A DNA stretch of 64,000 nucleotides from Patescibacteria group bacterium (GTDB lineage Bacteria; Patescibacteriota; Microgenomatia; UBA1400; PJMF01): contig BOKX01000001.1 of NCBI GenBank assembly GCA_016861205.1, forward strand, positions 520,539 to 584,538. The letters are read 5' to 3'. Under the pieces are notes generated by a model, which searched no databases, was not told where the DNA came from, and worked only from the letters and a program-made list of their open reading frames with translations. Every line of letters starts with the position of its first letter. Positions within the stretch are counted from its first letter, which is position 1. Of the stretch, positions 29,201 to 37,130 are shown piece after piece. Made by a program: the position numbers and the translations under genes.

Positions 29201-30469
29201 ATGTCCAATTCTGAATCACTGTCCACCCATCTTATCGATCCAAACATGATCGGTGTTGTGCGTCGGGCTGAGCTCCATCATCCAGCAGATAAAACCGATG
29301 CTCGCCACTTAGGTCGATACTACAGACCCGGGCATAAAAACAATCCATTTCCCGATAGCCATACGATCGAGGTCGAGCACAAAGTCACCGACAGAGAGTA
29401 CTGGGTGGACTTTACGCATCAAGCTATTGCCGAACTTCACGCCGGTAACTACTCCAAGAAAGATCGTGTTTTAGTGGCCCGCTACACAAACAAGCTGCTG
29501 CAACTCTTAGATGAAATGGTACAAGATCCAAACTTCGGCAGCGAAGCTGTCTTGGTTGTTCGCCACCATGAAAACACCCACGTTTTGCAAGAGGTGAAGT
29601 GGCAGATTTCTACTTTGATTCAACACGATTTACCTAATCTTCAGTATGCTACCCGCACCATGCCAAGTAGCCGGCGAGAGCTCTGGTTTTGGCGATTGCT
29701 GTTGAGCGCTGAGATGGAGGTCCAGGCATTTGCTGAGCAAGGTCGCCACCTCAACACTCCCACAGCCAAACTGATGCTCTGGCTGACGCTGCGACGCGCA
29801 GTCGGGTTACTCCAGCTTCACCAGCCAGGCCAGGCGGATCCCTTAACCCTCCTGCGTCAGGATGCGTTTTCCGAAACAACCACAGATGATCAGCTCGCCT
29901 ATCGGCTGGCCGCCATGAAGTTGCTACTACCCGATAGTGACACAATTGTTAACCTCGTCACACTCGAGCCAGCTCAAACCAGAGTTGTTTTAGCCCAAGC
30001 TCTTCAAACATGGTTAGATCGACCTGAAGAGGCTTTGCGGTCCGTCCATCATTCGACTTTTGCCCAACAACAAAATGATCATCTAGCTGAGTTATGTCAG
30101 CAGGCTCGGACACGTTTAACTGAACTATGGCAAAGTACCGGGTGTTTATCTTTTAACGCATTTTTGGCGTTACCACCTGAGAAACAAGTCAGTAATTTGC
30201 TGCCTGAATCAATCGCCTTTAGTGTGGCGATACTCAAGGTTTTGTATGCACTGAGCACCCATAAAGCCACCACCAGAGAACAACTGCTCCAGGACACTAG
30301 CTTGAATGAGCGTGCACTGAGCCAGACATTAGCCGAGCTCATCGCCTCTGGCTACGTTATCCAGCGCGAAGCTGCTGATCAGCCAACTATCTACTCTGTC
30401 AAACAGTTCATCAAAGATCTGATTCTGGGCCCGGTCGACCGGGAGTGGCAGCGACGAGACCAGGGTTAG
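29201..30469 (+). CDS. Hypothetical protein (422 aa) with a C-terminal winged-helix-like domain
   Basis: The C-terminus reads ILKVLYALSTHKATTREQLLQDTSLNERALSQTLAELIASGYVIQRE, which resembles a MarR/ArsR-type winged HTH. Confidence 0.45.
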   Translation: MSNSESLSTHLIDPNMIGVVRRAELHHPADKTDARHLGRYYRPGHKNNPFPDSHTIEVEHKVTDREYWVDFTHQAIAELHAGNYSKKDRVLVARYTNKLLQLLDEMVQDPNFGSEAVLVVRHHENTHVLQEVKWQISTLIQHDLPNLQYATRTMPSSRRELWFWRLLLSAEMEVQAFAEQGRHLNTPTAKLMLWLTLRRAVGLLQLHQPGQADPLTLLRQDAFSETTTDDQLAYRLAAMKLLLPDSDTIVNLVTLEPAQTRVVLAQALQTWLDRPEEALRSVHHSTFAQQQNDHLAELCQQARTRLTELWQSTGCLSFNAFLALPPEKQVSNLLPESIAFSVAILKVLYALSTHKATTREQLLQDTSLNERALSQTLAELIASGYVIQREAADQPTIYSVKQFIKDLILGPVDREWQRRDQG

Positions 30470-30522
30470 GCTGCTGTCGCAGGCAACGAGCTAGAAATAC
30501 AAAACCAGCTGTGTTACCACTA

Positions 30523-30550
30523 AAAAACCGCCCTAAATGGCGGTTTTTTC
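30523..30550 (+). terminator. Rho-independent terminator
   Basis: The hairpin AAAAACCGCC-CTAAAT-GGCGGTTTTTT. Confidence 0.6.
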
Positions 30551-30644
30551 CTGACGTACTGTTGGTACAGTTTTTAGCGCCAACCCTCCGAATTGAAGTG
30601 AATATATCAAATCACTAGTCGAAAAGCAAGTTTTACTCTCGTCG

Positions 30645-30712
30645 TGGAGGTGAGGAGAATCGAACTCCCACGCCAACGTTCGGAGGGTTGGCTCTGTACC
30701 AACAGCACCCCC
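30645..30712 (-). tRNA. tRNA-like element, possibly a degenerate tRNA with a candidate CCG (Arg) anticodon
   Basis: The minus strand has a T-arm GGGAG-TTCGATT-CTCCT. A 7-bp acceptor GGGGGTG/CACCTCC contains one G-U pair. An anticodon-like hairpin CCAAC-(c)CTCCGAA(c)-GTTGG has U33 and A37. The D-arm is non-canonical and no CCA is encoded. Confidence 0.3.
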
Positions 30713-30766
30713 ACGATACCCAGAGTATGCTTGAGAAAGCTTGCACCAGGCTTGGATGCGTCATAT

Positions 30767-30795
30767 TTGATTTTAAGCCTATAATTTGCTATACT
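30767..30795 (+). promoter_or_regulatory. Promoter (TTGATT, 17-nt spacer, TATACT), paralogous to the promoter at 31288
   Basis: The hexamer spacing fits sigma70. The sequence aligns with the promoter at 31288-31316. Confidence 0.4.
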
Positions 30796-30850
30796 TGGCC
30801 TATTGATCCGACTGATTGAGGCAGTCAAATTGCTTGACTCCCCTCGCTCA

Positions 30851-30950
30851 GCCTGGAGCACCTTAACAAGTATCGGTTATTTCCTGGGGAACTGTCCCGC
30901 AGGTTGGGTTTAAGTATGGCTTGAACTCAGGCTGCGGGACGGTACTACAA
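30851..30950 (+). ncRNA. Structured 5' leader motif A of the ORF at 30991: an outer 9-bp stem encloses an 8-bp hairpin
   Basis: The outer stem pairs GTCCCGCAG (30894-30902) with CTGCGGGAC (30932-30940). The inner hairpin pairs GTTTAAGT with ACTTGAAC-like sequence. The same architecture with compensatory changes occurs at 31565-31617. Confidence 0.4.
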
Positions 30951-30990
30951 CGGTCGCCACAAAGCGACCACCGTAGCCCTGGAGGATGAG

Positions 30991-31218
30991 ATGGAACGCT
31001 TTAAGATAGCGATTGCATTTTTGTTTGTTGTCACATTGCTGGTTCTGGGAGCTTTAGTTCTGACTGATGGTCAGGGCCAAGAAATCGCACCAACTTTTCA
31101 AGTTGTACCAACGCCGCCTACCCAGGCGGCAACCCAGACAAGCATTGTCCCAACCCCAATGATTATTCCCACCCCCAATCTTGAAAAGGGGGTGGTGTTA
31201 AGCCCATCCCCCAAATAG
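30991..31218 (+). CDS. Small membrane-anchored or secreted Pro/Thr-rich protein (75 aa)
   Basis: A strong GGAGGA ribosome-binding site is followed by an N-terminal hydrophobic helix and a PT-rich tail. A terminator follows. Confidence 0.45.
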   Translation: MERFKIAIAFLFVVTLLVLGALVLTDGQGQEIAPTFQVVPTPPTQAATQTSIVPTPMIIPTPNLEKGVVLSPSPK

Positions 31219-31233
31219 CCCTACTTGTAATCT

Positions 31234-31265
31234 GGGCCGGCCTCAAAAGCCGGCCCACTTTTTTG
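31234..31265 (+). terminator. Rho-independent terminator
   Basis: GGGCCGGCC-TCAAAA-GCCGGCCC followed by ACTTTTTT. Confidence 0.6.
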
Positions 31266-31287
31266 CCTGGTTTTTAGTCCTATAACA

Positions 31288-31316
31288 TTGACTTTTGGCC
31301 TATAAAATGCTACAAT
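31288..31316 (+). promoter_or_regulatory. Promoter (TTGACT, 17-nt spacer, TACAAT)
   Basis: Near-consensus hexamers with a 17-nt spacer. It is paralogous to the promoter at 30767. Confidence 0.45.
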
Positions 31317-31500
31317 GTGATTCTTAATATATCGAATGCAAACAGCTCAGTGAGCTGGTCTGCAGAGTCCTGGAATTATTGATTCTGTGACTCTACAGAT
31401 CTCCAAGTCATCAGTTGAGCAGTTACATTTGCGTAACTCTCTCAACTTAGACTTTGAACTGTAGACAAGGGAACTTCTGGACACAGAAGGTTACAGGCTT

Positions 31501-31620
31501 GCCTGGACACCACTCTGCGACCGAAGGGCACCTTAACAGAGATACAGGTTATTCCTTACGGGAAACTGTTCCGCATGGTGAGTTTAAGTGTGACTTGAAC
31601 TTAGCCTGCGGAACAGTATA
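31501..31620 (+). ncRNA. Structured 5' leader motif B of the ORF at 31666, homologous to motif A
   Basis: The outer 11-bp stem pairs ACTGTTCCGCA (31565-31575) with TGCGGAACAGT (31607-31617). The inner hairpin pairs AGTTTAAGT with ACTTGAACT. Confidence 0.4.
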
Positions 31621-31665
31621 AAAGCTTGCCAATTTAGGCCAAGCTCTGTACCCCGCGAGGAGATC

Positions 31666-32511
31666 ATGTTCAAAAAACTCGTAATCCTTTTTGTTGTAGC
31701 CAACTTCGTGTTGGCCGTATCTGGGGGCGCAATCCCGGCACTCGCTCAGGATTCGTCTAATTGCAACCCTACCTACCATGAATCCGATGGCTCATGGACG
31801 TTTCCGGGCTGTACCCGGGCGGAAGTTGAAGAATGGTTGGGCGAAGAAATTGCTACCAACGATGCCACCGTCGAAGATGAAGAAAACAGCATCGCTCCCA
31901 CTTTGTTCGATGCCGACAGCTGTGCCCCCGAAATGGGGTGGTGCAGCTTTGACATTGGCACCAAAGAAGGGCAGATTACGTTGGTGTTTGGCGTTGATCT
32001 TAAATGGGGAACTGGCCTGCGTGCCCAACCGAGCAACCGTTGTGAAGTTGTCGTTTTGACCGAGGAAACTTGGTTCGAAAATTTTGGCTTGCGCGACGCC
32101 CGCTATGAGGTGTATCAGACTGCCGAAGGCAGCTGGTATGCTGGCTGGCTTCAAACGTTGGTTTCACAGCGTCTCGCTGAACAGGCAGGAAATTACACTT
32201 GCCCCAATGATGTCGGACACGTTAAGGTCTGGGATGCTGACACCGAGGAATTTATTTCCCTTGAAGACAGTACCTTGTGGCCCAATGATGATGCAACCAC
32301 GACCATTGTTGAGGGTGAATGGACTCCCACCGGCGAAGATGGCACTTTGTCTTTCGAGGCCGGGTGGTCCGTTATTGGGTGGGAAATTGCCATCGGTGAC
32401 ACTACCTATAGTGACTGCTATTTCGCGTCTGCGCCTGCTGCGGGTACGGTAACCTCTGGGGTCATTTGGCCCTATGAGGATGAAATCTCCGCAGCGGTCC
32501 CCTGCGAGTAA
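31666..32511 (+). CDS. Secreted acidic Cys-rich protein (281 aa), hypothetical
   Basis: Signal peptide MFKKLVILFVVANFVLAVSGGAIPALA. There are 10 Cys residues and the protein is rich in Asp, Glu, Thr and Trp. Confidence 0.5.
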   Translation: MFKKLVILFVVANFVLAVSGGAIPALAQDSSNCNPTYHESDGSWTFPGCTRAEVEEWLGEEIATNDATVEDEENSIAPTLFDADSCAPEMGWCSFDIGTKEGQITLVFGVDLKWGTGLRAQPSNRCEVVVLTEETWFENFGLRDARYEVYQTAEGSWYAGWLQTLVSQRLAEQAGNYTCPNDVGHVKVWDADTEEFISLEDSTLWPNDDATTTIVEGEWTPTGEDGTLSFEAGWSVIGWEIAIGDTTYSDCYFASAPAAGTVTSGVIWPYEDEISAAVPCE

Positions 32512-32624
32512 GATTCTCCTGTCTCTCTGTTTTTCCCCCACACCTCACAGTGTGGGGGATACCCAAAGTTCATCTGACTTTTGCCAGGTGAATTTCGGGT
32601 ATCAAGTAACAAAAAGGAAACCCT

Positions 32625-32858
32625 ATGAAACACATCATGCCTTTCCTAACTGTCGTGATTCTGGCGGGAGCTTTTTTAGCGACGATTTTTGTGCAGACTA
32701 CTAGCTTGCTTAGCATCAAGGCTAGTGAAGCTCGCTCAGCAGCCGTTGATGGTTGTTTGAATGCGTCTTCATACACCTACTCAAAAGATGGCGTGACCAC
32801 TGTCGAACCAATCGAAAAAGCTGTCACGAAATGTTTAGAACTTAAAAACATTAAATAA
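32625..32858 (+). CDS. Small secreted or membrane-anchored protein (77 aa, 2 Cys)
   Basis: AAAGGAAA ribosome-binding site and an N-terminal hydrophobic segment. Confidence 0.4.
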   Translation: MKHIMPFLTVVILAGAFLATIFVQTTSLLSIKASEARSAAVDGCLNASSYTYSKDGVTTVEPIEKAVTKCLELKNIK

Positions 32859-32886
32859 CATTCAGCGCAAAACTTTAGCAGTCACT

Positions 32887-33780
32887 ATGTCAAAATTAAA
32901 GACAAACCAACCGCTCGTCTCTGTCATCATGCCGATGTTTAATGCAGTGGAATTTGTGGCGGAAACAATCAGGAGTATTCAAAATCAAACCTACCCAAAC
33001 TGGGAACTGATCATCATTGATGACTACTCAACTGATGCTTCACGAGCCTTGGCTAAAAAAATTGCTAAACAAGATAACCGAATCTCCGTTTTTCGTAATG
33101 GCAAACATCGTGGCGTGTCAGGAGCAGCCAACCTGGCTTTGGCTAAAGCCAAAGGCCAGTTCGTTGCTCGGATGGACGCAGACGACTTATCTAGCCCAGA
33201 TCGACTAGCCAAGCAAGTGCGATTTTTGCAAAAACACAAGCAAGTCGTGGCCGTAGGGAGTCAGTGTTATTTGATCGACAAACATGGTCAGAAAACTGGT
33301 ACCAAAACCTTTCCACTGGATTTTGAGTCCGTGAAAAACATGATGTTTTACAGCATCCCATTGCAGCAGCCATCTTTAATGGTGAACCGAAATCTGCTGC
33401 CCAGTAACTTTGTGTGGTACCGAGAAAATTATCAAACTGCTGAAGAAGTTGAACTTTTATTTAAGTTTTTCAAGTACGGAGAAGTGGTAAATCTGCCCGA
33501 TTACCTCTTGTCGTATCGGATTCATGGCAACAATATTTCACTCAGACACCCTAAGTCCACATTTTTTCTAACATTCAAAACTCGTTGGTTGGCAGTTTGG
33601 CACTTTGGTTATAAACCAACTGTTAAAGGTATTTTCATTACCTTAGCTCAAGCTGCGGTCGTGTTCATTTTGCCAGAACCTTGGATTTTTCCGCTCTATG
33701 CATTCCTACGAGGATTCCGGAAACGTAAGTGGCCGAGCATAACTGTCACTTGGCCAAACTGGTCATGGCAAACCAGTTAA
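32887..33780 (+). CDS. Family 2 glycosyltransferase (GT2)
   Basis: VSVIMPMFNAVEFVAETIRSIQNQTYPNWELIIIDDYSTD...RMDADD. Confidence 0.8.
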   Translation: MSKLKTNQPLVSVIMPMFNAVEFVAETIRSIQNQTYPNWELIIIDDYSTDASRALAKKIAKQDNRISVFRNGKHRGVSGAANLALAKAKGQFVARMDADDLSSPDRLAKQVRFLQKHKQVVAVGSQCYLIDKHGQKTGTKTFPLDFESVKNMMFYSIPLQQPSLMVNRNLLPSNFVWYRENYQTAEEVELLFKFFKYGEVVNLPDYLLSYRIHGNNISLRHPKSTFFLTFKTRWLAVWHFGYKPTVKGIFITLAQAAVVFILPEPWIFPLYAFLRGFRKRKWPSITVTWPNWSWQTS

Positions 33781-33818
33781 CCTTTTTTACACTCAAGTTT
33801 GCTAAGATAGCTTCAGCA

Positions 33819-36800
33819 ATGCTGAAGCCGTGGGTTAAAAAAACTCTCAATCACTGGCCCGTAACACTTATTCTTTCGGTGTGGCTGTGTCTGCTTCTCA
33901 CCAACACTTATAATGATACTTGGCTGTTAGGTTGGGATAGTGTCGCCCCTGAGTTCAATCTCAAAGTAAACTTTATGAGAGCCGTGTTCCCTGCTTGGCA
34001 AGAGTTTCAGGGTTTAGGATTGGCAGGTGGAATGGGACATGGATCAGATCTGACGCGGTTGCCTTGGTTAGCCTTGAGTACTTTTATTTTGCCAGCTAAT
34101 CTTATCCGCTACAGCTGGCTGTGGTTGATGGTGCTGGCTGGACCACTGGGCGTCTATGCCTTGGGCTTAAGACTATTTCGCCACCAACAGAATTGGGTCA
34201 ATTCACTAGCAGCTGCAACTGCGGCTTTGTTTTACTTGGCTAACTTGGCCACAATTCAGTACTTCTTTGTACCACTTGAGACATTTTCTAGTTTTTTTGG
34301 TTGGTTACCCTGGCTAACATGGGCTGTTATCACTTACTGGGAAGAACCCAAAGCAAGCCAGCTGGCTAGGTGGTGGTTGGTGAGCCTGCTCAGCACCAGT
34401 GCCTTTTACGTACAAACACTACTGGTGGTATTTGGCTTTGTATTTGGCGGACTGGCCATCGAACATAGTCTGCGGCGTCGGCTTCACGGTTTGCTATCTG
34501 TTGGATTAGCCGGAATCATGCTTGGTGTCACACAGTTTTTTTGGTTTGCGCCGGTTGCCTACTTCACCTTAACTGCAGCAGATACAACCGTTAATGCCTT
34601 ACAAAATCGCTTAGCCACGCCAGAGGTTCAAGCCATGAATCATAGTTTTGGAGGTTGGTTTGAGAGTTTACGCTTGCGTGGCTATTGGTTCGAGTATGCC
34701 GATGTCAGCTTGGGCGATCCTATCCAATCCCGCTACTTGCTAGAAAAATGGCGCACTTTCACAGCACAACCACATATCATTAGTATTGAGTGGGCACTGA
34801 CAATCTTGGCAGGGGTTGGACTGATTCTTGCTGTTGTCCGGCGGCAAAAATGGAGTTTTGCCTGGCTTGGCATAGGAACCTGGAGCTTGGTTATGCTTTC
34901 GGCTGGCAATGGCTGGCTCGGTTGGATATTTAATCAGCTTGTAACAGCAATCCCACTGTTTGGACAGATGTTTAGAGTGGCTTTTACTAAGTGGTCACTG
35001 GTAACTGCACTGAGTTTCTCACTTGGTCTTGGTTGGTCGGTAGCTATCATAAGCGCAATTGTACCGACCAAGTTTAAAGCTAGTACAGCTGTCATCTCTA
35101 GCCTACTCATTATGAGTCTAAGCCTTGGCAGCGTTTGGCCAGCTTTTCAAGGCCAATTCTTATATCAAGGTGTCAAACCCAAGCTGCCTGTTGCGTATCT
35201 GCACGTTCAATCTTTCTTCCAATCTCAACCAACTCAGACACGGATTGCCATCCTGCCAATTCCTGATTTCTGGGGGTGGAGCTTTACCAACTGGGGCTAC
35301 CGTGGCAGTGGATTCCTTTGGTATGGCATCCCGCAACCAATTCTAGACCGCAATTTTGATGTATGGTCTTCCGCCAATGAAACTTTTTATCACCAATTAA
35401 GCACAGCGCTTTATGGTCGGAACATACCGGCCATCAAGGCGATCCTAGATCAATATGATGTTACCTACTTGCTCTTGGATTCCAGTATAGCCGTACCTGG
35501 CAAAAACCAAGAACTCCTCCGCTACACAGAGCTGCCGACCATCCTCGATCGCGTCGGGGCAAAACCTATCTGGAGCGAGGGTAGTTTGACTGTCTACCAA
35601 CTCATGCCTGCTCCAGTGGCTTCGTTCGTGACGGCACCTGGTAGCTTCCGAATTGCGAGTGCTGACACACTGTACTCACGGGTTGATCCCGTCTATCAGC
35701 AGCTCGGCAACTACATCGAGCCGATACCGACTGTACCAAGCCAAACGGTGTTCCCATTCGCCAACCTGACCACAACCTGGTTGACCAACGTACGCTATGA
35801 AGCTGATGGCGTCCATTTAATTGGCGAACTCCCGGCCACCACCGAGCAACTGAGACTTGTTATTCCCACTCCGGCTGTTGGGGAGCAATATACGACACCT
35901 GTTAGCGTGCTCCGAACCGCTGACGGTTTACTGCTAGAGTTCGCTCATCCGGGTGAGCTGCGAGTCGCCGGCCAACGTGTTTCACTACCACAGTTACCTC
36001 AGCTTGATTTACCACTGACAGCTAAAGTGGCAGCCACCACGCAGTTTACTATTTCACTCGGTGACCAGCGGTATGAGCTAGCCTCGACTGCTGCTCAACT
36101 CCAAGTTATGGTACCTCTTGAGTTTGGTCGCAGCTTGCCAATCAAAGTCAGTTACCAATCAGGTACTTCCAAATCAGCGCGCACTGACACCTTTACACTG
36201 CCAGCCGAAATTTGGCGAAACTTGGCCCAGCCACCGGAGCTCATCATTCCACCAGGGACTACTCAGCTGGAAGCAGTAGTAGCTAGCCAAGCTATCGAGC
36301 TCCCGTTTGTTAACTTACCTGGCACCAACTGTGATGTGTTACAACGAGGTAATAGTCGTCAAGAACAGGGACAAAGTACTGTCTCGTACTTTGCTGACCA
36401 GTATGGTGCTTGGTGTACTGGTTTGCCTATTTCGCAGTTGAACACTAATCAAAGTTGGCTGCTCCGTTGGCGAGGTGAAAACCGACAAGGCCGAAGCCTT
36501 AAGTGGTATCTGACAAACCAATCCACCCAACATACAGACTTGGAAGAGCTCCTGCCCAGTGGACAGTTTGACCGCACCTCCCCAGTCCTGGCCTGGACAC
36601 TCTTACCAACAGCTGGATATAGCCTTAACTGGGAAACCCGCTCTTTTGGCCAACCCAGCCAGAATCTATTGGCTGCTGTCACCGCTTATCCTTTGCCACT
36701 CTCGACACTCACTCAGCTACAGGTCATTCCGGTAACCGGCAGCTATCCGCTCACTGCCTTTAGTAATCAAGTCACCATTCGCAACCTCCGCAAAACTGGT

Positions 36801-37130
36801 ACCTATCAATACCAATTCACTGCTGATGTCACGAGCTCGAATGGACTAATCACCTTGTCACAAGGATATGATGCTGGGTGGCTGGGTTTTGTCCAGCCTT
36901 CTGGCAGCCGCTGGCCGTGGCAATGGCAACGACTCGCCCACACCCGCTACAACGGCTGGGCGAATGCCTGGATTATTCCCGATCGCGGCACCCACACTGT
37001 TCTTCTGTTCTACTGGCCTCAGTTGTTGAGTTTTGCCGGATTTATCGCCTTAGGAGTCAGTGGTGGTGTGATTCTGACATGGTCAACGCTACGCTTCGTG
37101 CAAGCTTCGCGATCTAAGATGAGCTCATGA
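33819..37130 (+). CDS. Giant membrane protein (about 1100 aa) with an N-terminal multi-TM GT-C-like domain, a large extracytoplasmic C-terminal domain and a terminal TM anchor (Emb/AftD/YfhO-like architecture)
   Basis: The ORF is continuous from 33729. The ATG at 33819 is the first start after the stop of the upstream GT2 gene. About 13 TM helices occupy the first 530 aa, followed by a beta-rich soluble region and a final TM segment. Confidence 0.55.
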   Translation: MLKPWVKKTLNHWPVTLILSVWLCLLLTNTYNDTWLLGWDSVAPEFNLKVNFMRAVFPAWQEFQGLGLAGGMGHGSDLTRLPWLALSTFILPANLIRYSWLWLMVLAGPLGVYALGLRLFRHQQNWVNSLAAATAALFYLANLATIQYFFVPLETFSSFFGWLPWLTWAVITYWEEPKASQLARWWLVSLLSTSAFYVQTLLVVFGFVFGGLAIEHSLRRRLHGLLSVGLAGIMLGVTQFFWFAPVAYFTLTAADTTVNALQNRLATPEVQAMNHSFGGWFESLRLRGYWFEYADVSLGDPIQSRYLLEKWRTFTAQPHIISIEWALTILAGVGLILAVVRRQKWSFAWLGIGTWSLVMLSAGNGWLGWIFNQLVTAIPLFGQMFRVAFTKWSLVTALSFSLGLGWSVAIISAIVPTKFKASTAVISSLLIMSLSLGSVWPAFQGQFLYQGVKPKLPVAYLHVQSFFQSQPTQTRIAILPIPDFWGWSFTNWGYRGSGFLWYGIPQPILDRNFDVWSSANETFYHQLSTALYGRNIPAIKAILDQYDVTYLLLDSSIAVPGKNQELLRYTELPTILDRVGAKPIWSEGSLTVYQLMPAPVASFVTAPGSFRIASADTLYSRVDPVYQQLGNYIEPIPTVPSQTVFPFANLTTTWLTNVRYEADGVHLIGELPATTEQLRLVIPTPAVGEQYTTPVSVLRTADGLLLEFAHPGELRVAGQRVSLPQLPQLDLPLTAKVAATTQFTISLGDQRYELASTAAQLQVMVPLEFGRSLPIKVSYQSGTSKSARTDTFTLPAEIWRNLAQPPELIIPPGTTQLEAVVASQAIELPFVNLPGTNCDVLQRGNSRQEQGQSTVSYFADQYGAWCTGLPISQLNTNQSWLLRWRGENRQGRSLKWYLTNQSTQHTDLEELLPSGQFDRTSPVLAWTLLPTAGYSLNWETRSFGQPSQNLLAAVTAYPLPLSTLTQLQVIPVTGSYPLTAFSNQVTIRNLRKTGTYQYQFTADVTSSNGLITLSQGYDAGWLGFVQPSGSRWPWQWQRLAHTRYNGWANAWIIPDRGTHTVLLFYWPQLLSFAGFIALGVSGGVILTWSTLRFVQASRSKMSS

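Noticed and set aside
31773-32541. A series of minus-strand ORFs of 87-125 aa.
   Set aside because: They are antisense to, or off-frame within, the well-supported secreted-protein gene at 31666-32511, which has a ribosome-binding site, a signal peptide and an upstream promoter and leader.
32530-32560. A hairpin TCCCCCACAC-CTCACAG-TGTGGGGGA downstream of the Cys-rich protein gene.
   Set aside because: It has a strong stem but no trailing U-tract on either strand. It is noted only as a possible factor-dependent or structural element and was not called a terminator.
33729-33818. An N-terminal extension of the giant membrane protein (MAEHNCHLAKLVMANQ...).
   Set aside because: The extension overlaps the 3' end of the upstream GT2 gene. 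The first ATG after that gene's stop, at 33819, is the more parsimonious start, though it is not proven.
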